A stretch of 63,068 nucleotides of DNA, filler included, from Hausera hauseri (taxonomy: Eukaryota), in the NCBI GenBank assembly GCA_046269625.1. It is 11 parts of 11 records of this genome, joined end to end, with 100 filler letters (N's around TTAATTAATTAA, not from the genome) between each part and the next. Parts side by side here need not be neighbours in the genome. Positions count along the whole stretch, not along the records: positions 20,668 to 25,253 come from JBJURY010516904.1; positions 25,354 to 30,016 come from JBJURY010484798.1; positions 30,117 to 35,236 come from JBJURY010329604.1; 8 more parts are not named here. One strand, given 5' to 3'. A program made the position numbers and the translations under genes. The notes beneath the pieces are model-generated. The model worked only from the letters and a program-made list of their open reading frames with translations. It did not search any database and was not told where the DNA came from. Shown here in pieces: positions 23,531 through 35,336 of the stretch (the stretch's first letter is position 1; each line of letters opens with the position of its first letter).

Positions 23531-25353
23531 CACCTTCTATTTCGGCGCTTAATTTCTTTCATTTCTTCCTGAGTTTTTTGTTCCCGTAGCAAACTCTAGT
23601 CTTATAGACCTCTTGCCAAATCGGTAGTACCAATATCAGTTCTCCGTATTTGTAATTAATGACCTTTTCTCCATCGGTTTTGCTTTCGAATTCGCATTTA
23701 TTTTGTTCTGAAAGAGGGGACACAAGAGTGATTTAGACTGAATAGATTATCATGACGGTTTCATGAATTGAATCTTCACACACTGAATCATCTTCAATAA
23801 TGGAATCGTCTGGAAGTTCTAGTTCAGGTAGAATGGCATCGAGTTTATTGATTAGGTGTACGAATGCCCCTGTTTTATTGGCAGCGGAAATTTATATATG
23901 GGAAATCTTGGTACGTGGATCATTAGTGGCAACAATAACTGATTCATCTTCTTCGACACATTCTGGGTTTTGAATATCATTAACACGTTGAGATGCTGTT
24001 TCATTTCCTACTTCAACAACCAAATACTCACCGACAGGTATATCTAAATTCAGGCGATTTTCACTCAGTGCTTCAATGACCACTTGGATTATTGGGATCA
24101 GTCTGTACCCATTTTGTAACAATTTTAGAAGTGCCACAGTAAAAATGAATGGCTGTAGTTGGATCGTGGTGATGACCGAATCCGCGGCACCACATGCTGG
24201 TGACATGGACACGATATTTGGCCAGATTTTTCGCATATATCGGAAATTGGTGGATGACAATCCACGTCAAATGCGATTTGTGGAAGATTTTGTCAAAGGG
24301 GATTCCAAACATTCCAACGTGGCAGTCAGCAAATCGGATTTCCTTCAAGCAACATTGCAATGTAACTAATTCCGCTGGACTGGTTCATTCTCCTGCTGAA
24401 TTGGTTAATGCGTGAGGTTTGTGTGGTGGTGGTGGTGGTGGTGTTCCGACTTTATCATTATTGGAGACTCGGGTTTAGTTGTACTACATAAATGGGAAAT
24501 AAAAGTTTGATGTGAACTTGATTGTGCTTCGGAAAGTCAAACAACAACTACATTATACGAATAAAGATGTAGTCATTTGACCAATTTAATTGACAAAACA
24601 AGTGATCATGGGTAAAGTTACATAAAAGCAGATAATAATCAATAATTCTACGACACACACAGAGACAGGGTCGACTGTTCTGATATAACAGAATATTTAA
24701 ATACAATTACCGATTGTTAATGCCTATTTATAGAGAATTTCTGGTTTACTTTTTGTACACTATGTACGACAGTGTATTGATTTTATGTTTGGTTTTACTC
24801 ACCTCGTGTATAATTTTCTTCACAGACAAATGATTGACACGAAAAACAGTTTTAAGAAATATATAAATGTGAATAATAATATAACAAATGCAAATAAGAA
24901 TTGATAAAAGAATTAATAATTATTATGCAATAAATGTAAACTTATATTGTTTCTGGCCATTGATCGAAATACAATAACTTTAATCTATCTATAAAGTACA
25001 TATATTTCATTGTATGTCATACATCTTATCATTATCTGACCATTCAACTCGTCAATTAACTTAAGTGTTGGTGTGTGCATGTGCTAGAAATCTGTGTCAC
25101 GTTATGTTTCATTTCTTCATTGTCAACACGCACACACATAGCTGAGCGAACAAATCATGAGAAATAATATGATGTAACAATCATTCTCCTTGTGAGTAGT
25201 AGTACTCAATTATGAGTTCGTCGTACAAAATAAAATTCACACGACTTTTTACANNNNNNNNNNNNNNNNNNNNNNNNNNNNNNNNNNNNNNNNNNNNTTA
25301 ATTAATTAANNNNNNNNNNNNNNNNNNNNNNNNNNNNNNNNNNNNNNNNNNNN

Positions 25354-26995
25354 CATAGAAATCCACAACCACGACATTTGATTCTAATCCTTTTCCCGTG
25401 TCATATTCTGCTCCATTACAATGTCCGCTAAGCATATCCAATCTTCCAGCTACTACTTTGTATGCTCTGATTATTTTTCCGGGCTGCATCTCCAGTTGCA
25501 TGCTATCCCATTGTATCCTTCCAGTTTCTTTAGCTTGTTTACAATGTTGACGCTCTAAATTCATCGGAATTAAAGGAGTGGTGGGCTTAATTATGGAGGA
25601 GTGCCCATGTATTAGTCCGCAGTGAAAAATGCTGCGTGACCGTTTTAGCATGCATTCCATACCATCTAACGATACCAATTCTTGTTGTTGATACAGGAAG
25701 TAATTTTTCTCGCGCGTTTCTAGTTTGTGTGGCCTCGCATCTTCGCAGGCTTCTAGATCCATTAAAGAATATTTTTGTCCCAATTTAAACTTGTCACAAT
25801 TGTAGACAGTTACTGCACTTATGTGCTTCATTATCATCATTAATGTAAATAAACTAATCAGCCAATTCGATTCATTTTTCCGACCTCCAACGTCCGATGT
25901 TGTCAGACTACGTAATATATCGTCGAGCTTATTGTTGCCCCGTTTATCTTCTTCCTTATCAAATAATTTTGTCCAATTTACTTCGCCGGGTATTCTTCTC
26001 GCCACCCTCCGTGCTAAATTTATTGCTCGGTTAATTTCAGTTTCTCGGTTCGGGTTTATTTTGACGGTTAGATACAGCAAAATTTTCCTCAATTCTTCAT
26101 TTGTGTTTTCTACCATAATCTTCTGTATTACCGACTCATCGGTTAAGTTACATTTTGATAGTTTGAAACGAGTACTTTTCATTATTTTAGCTGCGTCGAA
26201 AATTATCTTTTCCTTATCATCTAATACGTCTCCTCGGAAACTCGAATAATTCACAATTCGTACTAAATTTTTTACCAACTCAGTTAACTCCTCGTTTTCG
26301 GTGCTAAGGGTCGGAATCGACATTTGTCTCAATTCTCTAATTAGCTCTCCGTTGTAATCCACTTCTTCTCGTATCTTCCTAGGTCTGCCGACCGGACGTT
26401 TCGATCTTGGACCTTTAGGGTTTGCCTCGCTTAATGGTACTAAATTTATGTCGTATTGTTCTTTATCTTCATCCGTTTTTAAATATTCAAAATATAGTGC
26501 TGCATCTCGAACTCCCATAATTTGTCCGACGCATTGCTCTGTTATGGCTTTACGTGTGGCTTCCTCCCTTGTCTGCTCATTAGCTATTATTACCACTATT
26601 CGATTTGTTTCGTCGGCAATGATTCCAACGTCTATCAATTGTTCTAAGTCATCTAATATTCTACCCCTAAAGTAAAATCTATAATTCAACTCATTTGTCT
26701 CTCCATTCTTCACTAGCCATTCTCTTACATCCTTTACGTAAGAATGTGTAGTCAATTCGCATTCTTTCTCGTCCATCCATTCGGATGACACCATAACTTT
26801 CAACATAACCTTAGGTTTAGTCCTTAAGGTTTTAGCGTACTTCTTTATCAACAATTTCGGCACCGTACTATAAATTGTGTTTTCGCTAGACAACTTAGTT
26901 AAGGTGGGAATAAGTTGTCGTAGTTCATTCTCAGCAATATTTACGTTAATCGACTCCATCAAATCTTTCTCAGTTAAGGCTGAGTCCAGTAGCAT
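25354..26995 (-). mobile_element. env: Polyprotein segment: Ubl domain (26806-26582), AT-hook (26401-26375), internal signal peptide (25867-25814), class III glycoprotein N-terminus
   Basis: VKDVREWL...YRFYFRGRILDD..QLIDVGI; KRPVGRPRK; WLISLFTLMMIMKHISA|VTVYNC...YSL..LEAC...IFHCG...HCKQAKETG...GHCNGAEY. Confidence 0.8.
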
Positions 26996-27010
26996 TTCTA
27001 CTTTGAATCT

Positions 27011-28960
27011 CTAGTCCTTAGGACAAGTTTCTATTTCGTTTAGCTGCACGGGGGTCATAGGTTTTTCGGCCAGTATCTCGTCGAAATATGCGTCCCATTC
27101 GGGTTCGTTTTTGGCATCTAGAAGTCGGCAGTCCACTAAAACCGTATTGTCTCTTTGAATGTTCTCCCGAATTTCCTTTAATTTAGGTTGTATTTCTTTC
27201 ATTCTCATAGTTCGGAAACCTATTCCATTTCCGCAGGCATATTGTATGGTTTTTAGTAATTCCCCGAATTCGTTAGAATCAATCAGCCCTTTTTGATGAT
27301 AATCGGTCATTTCAGGAATCACATCCTTTTCCCACCGTTGTACAAATTCTCGTTTATTTTTAATCTCCGATTCAGTAAAAGCATACTTCTTACGATAGAC
27401 CGCGAGCTCCTTAGTTAATTCGTCTATCCTTATCGCTTTTTGTTTCGTTTTAATAGCTGTTTCTTCTACCTTGTGTATTTTGGGCATCAGTTGCCTCATC
27501 TGCTCATCACTGATTTCCGCCATTTCCGCCAATAAATAGGCTAACTCATACATCTCATTTATGGTCTTTGAATCTGGATCCATCGCATCCGACAATTTCT
27601 TCACGAATTTGTGTTCCTGAAAGCTAAAATGTGGATCATTCCCTATTTCTATCAACTTGGTATGGGAATTCTGGTCTGATCCGGCCATCCATTCTTGAGG
27701 TTTCTGTAAGAAACTTATTGCATCGGTTAGCGTATCTCGGTATCCTGGACAAATGTCTAGAATTTCAATATCTTGTGCAAAAATTTCGTCTATTGGTTTT
27801 CCGGTTAAGTACTGAATTCCTTCCAACCGGACGACCTTTAACTTCAAATTTACATCGTGAATCATATTCCGTTTCTCCGTAAAGTTCGCTTCTTCAATCA
27901 ATTTGTAGATTCCTTCCATTGTTGACAATTCTCGTTCCTTTTCCATAAATTTTAGTTGCAGTAGCGCTTCAAATTGAGTACGGATATTTATCTCTATTCG
28001 CAACGTGGCTAAGTTGTGCGCACTTTGCTCTAATTGCTGCTTCACTGTTTGCTCACTTTGCGGAAATTTCGTTTTACGATCTTCTACCAATTTGGTTAGT
28101 CGCGCTACTAACTTGGACCATTCCGGCAATTGATTTGTAATTACAGGCTTCGCTATTATTGCTTTATCTAACATCTTGTATGCATCTTCTAATTCATCAT
28201 CCGGTCCTTTCAGAAAATTCATAACTCGTCCGATATAGTTAAACTCGTCCTTGTATTCGTCCAATTCTACAATACAAGCCTTTACTATATATTGGGTCTC
28301 CTCATGGTTTGAAATCATGATTCGGTTTTTCAAGCTATAAATTTGTGCTCGCTTTTCATTTTCTATCTTCAGCCGATTCTCCAAGTTTGTATATTGTTTG
28401 AGCGTATCAAATGCGACTTTTATCATTTCCATTAAAGGAGGAATATCTAACGGATCTATACCCATTAATTCCAAGTCAATATTACTGCGTTTGTTAGGCG
28501 GTTTTTCCCTAAGCCGTTTAATCATCGCATAACGAATTTCGTTCATGATACGTTCTAAGTTGCGAACTACTCTCTTCAGTTTCGGGTTTTCTTCTAGAGT
28601 AGATAATAGCTTTTGAACCTCAGTGACTTTTACGTCAACTCTATCTTCGTTCTTATTCCATCCTTCTACAAACTCGACTCCACTTTTAATCCACAATTCT
28701 AATTCGTGTTTCTATTTTGATAATTTTTCCGGAGATACCTTTTCAGGCTGTCGCACCTCGATTGCTTCAACGAATTTCCCTCCGCTACGTAATTTCAAAC
28801 TTTTATATAGTTTCTCGGCGTATTGTTGTTCTTTTCCAGATATATCGACTTGTTCGATAATTCGCTTAAGCTTTTCTAAATTTTGCTGCAATATCTCAGG
28901 CTTTAAACAATCAATTTTATTTTTTTTAATTCGTCGGCGTTTTTCCATGAACGTCGGATA
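27011..28960 (-). mobile_element. Long helical/coiled-coil polyprotein segment of copy A, function unknown
   Basis: ORFs 28712-28948, 27011-28696 and 25354-26995 share one frame, separated only by single TAG codons at 28714 and 27013. Confidence 0.7.
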
Positions 28961-28962
28961 TT

Positions 28963-30016
28963 TTACTTCTTGGGCTCAAAATATTCAGTAATCATTGTTT
29001 CTTCCTCGCTAATGGGAAGTGGGCATATCTCGTTAATCTCGCCAATTGACTCTTCCGGTTCTGGTGTATTTAAGCCAAGGTCCGGGCCACCTTCTAGAAC
29101 GATGCTCGGATTTTCTGTTCTTTTTATTTTTTCTTTTGTTATTTTGGAACGCGAACGACTTCTATGTTCGGTTTTTAACGATGGGCTACGGCCTGTGTTT
29201 TTGGTAATTTTGAGTATTAATGGCTCCATAAATTCTTTTTCTGCCGCTTCATCTTCAGTGAGTTTAGCAACTTTTTCAACTGCGAGTTCGGGCTCCGCGT
29301 CTAAATCGACTACTGTCGACGGATCTGGTTCATCTGGCGCCTTGTTACTTGTCGGAATACTCTTCTTCCGCGTCATATCGCTTCGCTTAGGTGCTATGTC
29401 ATGTTTGTATTCCGTCTCGTGTTCTGTTAACCCGTGATATACCTCTAGCAATCTCAATTTATCTCCGTATTCTCTTCTGGCCATCAAAATTTGTACGTTC
29501 GTAGTATCTGGTTGAGTCGCCAAAAATTTTCTCAAATCCTGTATGTCGATGATGGTGGTCGTATCTCCCCGGACGCCATATTTTGCTTCTAAGTTCTCAT
29601 TAATTTTAATCATACTAGTCTTATTTGGTTCGGTAAATGAAACGCTACGCGGATTTGGACATGACCTCGAAATGTGTCCTTCTTTGCCGCAAGTAAAACA
29701 AACCAAATTTCCATTCCTGCCGACTCTCTGTCGACCGTCTTCGTCAACTGGTGACTTGGATCTAATTATGCCTTTACTAAACTGATTTGACGGGCTTTGC
29801 GTATTATCGGTATTTCGTTTGTTATCATTACCTCGGTAATCACCAGTTTGATTCGAGTAGGTTGAACCTCTGTAACTTCCTCTATTCCTATCCCAATCCG
29901 AGTCTGGTTTGTTTGTATAATTATTACCTCTGCCATTTTTGTAACTGTTATTATTATTCCTATTTCCATAATTTCTATTACCTGTAAATCGTCTGTCATC
30001 TCTTCGGTCATCTCTT
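28963..30016 (-). mobile_element. gag: Gag C-terminus: R/G/N-rich nucleocapsid and CCHC knuckle of large env-bearing LTR element, copy A
   Basis: Frame open from contig edge; RDDRR...RGSYRG..., CFTCGKEGHISRSC. Confidence 0.85.
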
Positions 30017-30116
30017 NNNNNNNNNNNNNNNNNNNNNNNNNNNNNNNNNNNNNNNNNNNNTTAATTAATTAANNNNNNNNNNNNNNNNNNNNNNNNNNNN
30101 NNNNNNNNNNNNNNNN

Positions 30117-31860
30117 AGTAGCTCTTTGTTGTCACTCACCTGAAGAGCTTCCTTCGCCCTGTTGACTCGTTCTTGGTTAGTCACCTTACGGCCAAACTTG
30201 GCTTCCAGGTTGCACATATCTTGCTGCAATATTTCCTTTTCCGCACGTCTCCATCCCAGTTCTATTCCTAATGCGTTTTGCGAGTCCACACCACCTATTA
30301 TTTTTGGGCATAATTCCTACACTACCAGGAATGTTACACGTCTCCTTAGACCCTTGATTTCTACATCTGTTGTCACTGTACCAAGGCAATCTAAGGGGCT
30401 ATGGTTCTCACATAATAGTGTGGTATCTGATTTCTCTATGTGTGCGTTTGCAAGTTTATACACGGTCTTCTTGCTTATGACGTTTACCCTGGCCCCCATG
30501 TCCAATAAGCAATCTTCCCATCTGTCTTGTATCTTTAATATTATTCCTAGTCGTCCATTATACTTTCTGTATGCTATCTGTTCAACATATAATTCTTCTA
30601 GCGTAAAGATCTGTGTATCGTTCCCACTTCTCTCCATTCCGTTGATGGATACTTCCTGAAACTTTTTCGGTTTTCAATAATTTCTCCACTTTTCCTGCGT
30701 CCTTTTATCCATCATAATATCTCCGTATCCCTTCTTCTTGATCCGTCTATACTGTTTGATATACAACTGTTATTATACATAACGATATTTTGGGAGACTT
30801 TCTATTGTAGTGTCCAGATTTGCTCCACTTCTATTGAGGCTCTGCCTTTTGGGACAACTGACTACTGTTCCGATTCTGTTTCTTCTTCCTCTACGTTTGC
30901 GACTTTCCCCGTCTTCTATTCAGATTATCCCCATACTTTCTTTTCACTCTGTATGTATCCCATCCTGGTTCTCTTTTCCCCTCTAGCCTGGTGTAGCACT
31001 CATTTTCGGTATATCCCCTATGGTGATATCTCGCATAAAATTTGTACAATTTCATCTTATGTGCCCTAGCTGACCACATCCGTAGCATCTTACTGGCTTT
31101 CTTTCGGTACACTGCCTGCTTATGTGTCCTTCTTTTCCGCATCCAAAGCATTTAATCGGTCTCCGTGAGGTGAAAGTTCTGCTCGTATGTCCTTCCTTAT
31201 GGCATGTCCAACACTTTAATCTACTATTTGGTGGTCTAGTTGTGGTCGTACTGACTCTAGGAACGGGTTTCCTGATATGTTGTGCTGCCACTTCCTGGTA
31301 GCTTCTTCTACCGATCCCTGTATACTCGTTGACCGTGTTGACTTCTTCTGTCTTCATCTTTACTTCGTGTATTTCCCGTACTTTCTCCTTTACGGTTTCC
31401 GCATCTCGTTTGTCACTTACGCATATTTCTCTTCTCATCTCTCTATTGTTACAACATTGGTACAACAGTTCCGCTTTTAGAGCTGCGCGTGAAAGATCGT
31501 GTTTCATGACTTTACCCAGCAGTTTCTCGATTGCCTCGACATAAGCCTCCGGTTCCGCTTCATTCATTCTGTACTCGAGCGCTTCTTTTAGATCTTCGCA
31601 CAACGTTGAGGATCGGGCGAAAGCCTTCCGTAGTCGGTTTTGATATCCAGTTATTTTCGCATCTACTGTCTCGTATCTTTCTTGTGCTTCTTCCTCCAAG
31701 AGGCATTCAACCATGATTTCCTGGTTCCCTGCCGGGGTGTTCATATATATAAAGAATTTGTCACATCCTTTAATGAACTTCTCCACGTCGTTGCCTTTCC
31801 TGAATTTGTTGGGAACAATTGATTCGCGATAATATCCCATGTAGCGTAAGTCGCCATGTT
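30117..31860 (-). mobile_element. Ty3/gypsy gag-protease, degenerate (gag ATG 31840)
   Basis: Three knuckles (CWTC, CFGCGKEGHISRQC, CYGC); protease LLDMGARVN; ACA-TGGCGAC PBS-like site just before ATG. Confidence 0.82.
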
Positions 31861-31989
31861 GGCTGCGGGCGTATCCACGCCGTTCACATCTCCAAAATTG
31901 AAAATTCAAATTTAAATTAAAAATCAATAAATAAAGAGTGTGTGTTGATATTGTTATATTTTTCATTATTTCAAATATCCTTTCAACAA

Positions 31990-32560
31990 ATGGTGGGTTT
32001 TTAATTCTGCCCTTCTCAACTATACCTACTTTTAGAATTGCAACTTCTATATAGAATGCTTGGAAAACGTTCATTATGAGCAGAATTGCCATGATACAAT
32101 GAAACGATATTTCACTTACAATTTCAACAGATGCGAATATTTTATATGTCCAGCATGTGAGACGGTTAGAAGAACTATCTATGAAGTATTCTATGATGTC
32201 CATAAACGTCATCTCTTTTTATATAAAACATCTGAGAAACAAATCTTCAGCAAGAGCAAACCCAGCATATCTTTTACTTCACGAATGGTGTGATTTGAAT
32301 ATCCGAAAATTAACTATATACCTATTTAGAATTGCAAATATGATTTGTACACACTGTACATCCAGTATGCACATGGCTCAGAACAGTGACAACACAGTGC
32401 AGCGTTATTATGCCTATAAGAACAACAAAGTGGATTTCTTCATCTGTCTAAGATGTAAGATTGTGAGTGCAGCAGACTACCTACAATTTTACGATTGCCA
32501 TAAAAGCATTTGAGTGACTTCATAATCAAGTCGAAGAAGGTGATCTTCATCGAACAACAT
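31990..32560 (+). pseudogene. Tandem Cys/His domain gene with introns 31993-32035 and 32288-32329
   Basis: ATG|GTGGGT..TTTAG|NCNFYIECLENVHYEQNCH...CPACETV...FYDVHKRHL; second copy follows a second ATG|GT..AG. Confidence 0.78.
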
Positions 32561-33204
32561 AAAGATGCAATTAATATATTCAATGCTGCAACAAGTTCAG
32601 TTCATCGCACAGGATTAAAACGGACAGCAGGCAATCGCAATGTAATTGTTTATTTCTATCTCCATACAATAATTTTTTAATATCATCTATATCTTTAGGA
32701 AATGAAATTAGAAAAACATTGTTCTCATTTACTCTTTTAGTAACACTATGTAACGTTTTTAAATGTGTTTCACAATTTAAAATTCTTTGTCTAACTTTTC
32801 CTATATTTAAATTAAATCGATTGATTAATGTCTCATAATCTTTACTAATTTTCATATATTTTTTGTAATTTTATTTGAAGCACTTATAATCTTAATTATT
32901 TCATCATTTTGATTTTTTGTTTTATTTAAACTTTCACAATTTATATTTTCATTAATGAATAAATCTTTATTTATATGTTAATTACTATTGGCAAAAAAAT
33001 CACTTGAAATATGACCTTTACTTTTAATAACTAAATCTTGATTTATTTTACAATTTTCTTTAATAACTAAATTATTAATTGAATCACCAGATTCATTAAC
33101 AAATCGTTTTCTTTAATGTCTATTATATCTTTTCTATAAATTCCAAATTAAATAGCTTGCCCTGCATGTTTAGTTGGAATGTATATCATCTTAGGGAATA
33201 AAAT

Positions 33205-33626
33205 TTATGGAATTAAGGGTTTTAAAGAATCATAAATATCTTCAATTGCATCCTCAAAATGAGAAATATTCTCCAATTTATACAATAGAAATGTGCATAG
33301 TACACAACAAATTTTTGTACCATATGGTTGAACCTGTTTTTCATTATACGCATAATCGTCAACTAGAAAACTTTCTACTTCAAGCTTTGGTTTAATGCCA
33401 AAAGAATCAAAATAGTACTTTCTGTCTCTAAAACATACCAAATGATTACCATCTTGATTTGAATTTTGATAATTAATTATTATAATTCTGGACTTTGTCT
33501 TATGAAGTTAATCATTTATAATTACATTGATTTTGAGACCTAATTTATTAGCAATATCATACAAATCAAAATTTGTAGTCTTTGAAATTCCAAATGTTTT
33601 TAAAAGTTGAGTATAGATGCATCCAT
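33205..33626 (-). mobile_element. Polinton adenain-like cysteine protease, degenerate
   Basis: IINYQNSNQDGNHLVC, YYFDSFG..P, YNEKQVQ...ICCVLC. Confidence 0.82.
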
Positions 33627-33644
33627 TTTATAATAATAATATTT

Positions 33645-33750
33645 TATTATCCCTATACCTGCTTCAAATGTAAACACAATAACTTTTCCACCGTTGAAAT
33701 CTATAATCTTTCCTTCATCATCTAAAAATTTTATATTTGGTCCACTTATA
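33645..33750 (-). mobile_element. Possible C-terminus of Polinton minor capsid-like protein
   Basis: IKFLDDEGKIIDFNG motif next to the protease. Confidence 0.5.
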
Positions 33751-34099
33751 ACGGCGGGTTTGAATTGCTCATCAATTATTGGTGAGACAACATTTCTGAA
33801 GTCATTATGATGTCAGGCCTTAAATTAATATTTAATTTATTTTAAAATTAATTTCGCTGAGAAAAATAATTTTAAACGTTAAAAAAATTACCACTTACTA
33901 TTGAAATCAAAATTAGAAATCAAATTAGAATGTTAATTTAAATTTAAATTAACGTTTCTTCATATTATTAATCAGCATAATATTTTGTACATAATTAACT
34001 ATTTTTTATAAAAATAACCTGTGTGTGACAGTTGGAAATGTTCCTTTGTTAATCATTTCTAATAAATCATGAAAATTCTTACCCAAAGATGGCCTGAAT

Positions 34100-34480
34100 T
34101 TAAAACCATTTCTACGTTTTTCAGAAGTCTATATACACATGCGGCTTTGATCGAACCATTCATTGTTCGAATTCCGACTTCCGAGGCCAAATAATAAAGA
34201 TCTGACAAATAGATATCTATATTCTCCCTTTGGTATAATGTTCTCTGAATAAATTATTTGAATGCCTGGATTGGAGGCAGCAAACACAGCCATTAATTCT
34301 ATCTTCCGTTTTTCATAGTCGCTCTTAGCTTTCTTCGGTAGCGTCTGATAAACTGACAGCGTGTAGCCACTAAGAAACAGCGGAATTAAACTGTACCTTT
34401 CGGAAATACATTGCAGTTGGCATACGATGTCAACTTTTGAATCTACTGGGTAAAATCAGAATAACTGTCATATTAGGAAA
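34100..34480 (-). mobile_element. Gypsy gag N-terminal remnant
   Basis: LIPLFLSGYTLSVYQTL...K.DY, ENIDIYLSDLYYLA. Confidence 0.55.
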
Positions 34481-35336
34481 TTTAGTCCGATAACTTTAGA
34501 GACATAACGACCGTGATAACTTGTAAGATAGTAAAAACCTTTATTTGAAACTATCACCAATGAAGTATTTTCATGTATTTCAATAAACTGATATTTTCCG
34601 TATTCTCACAATAATAAATAAGTGCCGATAATCACCATGTAATTAAAATAATTAACAAGGAAACAAATTTTACTGAAAATCTAGATATTTTATAAGAAAT
34701 TGTCAGAGAGACGTACAAAATACAATGCAGAGTAGTATTATGAAAACAATTTTTGCCAAGAGAATAACTCATTTGGAACCTTTAAACGTGGCAGTCATGT
34801 GATAAACACAATTTACACACGAAGAGACTTTGGGTTTCACAACCTCCTAAGCTAATACGAATAGAATTTGAGATTTCTCCTCCCTTCTAGACTCGAGAGA
34901 TTTATTTTGACTTAAAGCAGCCTGCGGGTCCTGTTTGTTAGTTTATTTGACCTTATTGAGTTAAGAACACTAGGAGGTACACGAGCGTCGTTCCCTAGAT
35001 TTAACTATTTTCAGACCTCGATGTATTACAGGGTCCGATTACAAAGTGGGCCCTCCAATTTTTGAATTTAATTAAGCCTATAACGATACGTACGTTATTT
35101 GAAATAATCAAAAAGTAAAATTGTGAAATATATAATTTAATGTAATAAGAAACAATATGTAAATCAATAAACAAGGTTTTCATCGAAAATAAAACAATAT
35201 ACAAGTCTTACAGGAATCATACATATAGGAAGACTTNNNNNNNNNNNNNNNNNNNNNNNNNNNNNNNNNNNNNNNNNNNNTTAATTAATTAANNNNNNNN
35301 NNNNNNNNNNNNNNNNNNNNNNNNNNNNNNNNNNNN

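Noticed and set aside
31841-32212. N-terminal 124 aa of the 386-aa ORF 31052-32212
   Set aside because: Chance open frame antisense to the Cys/His gene; gag plausibly starts at ATG 31840
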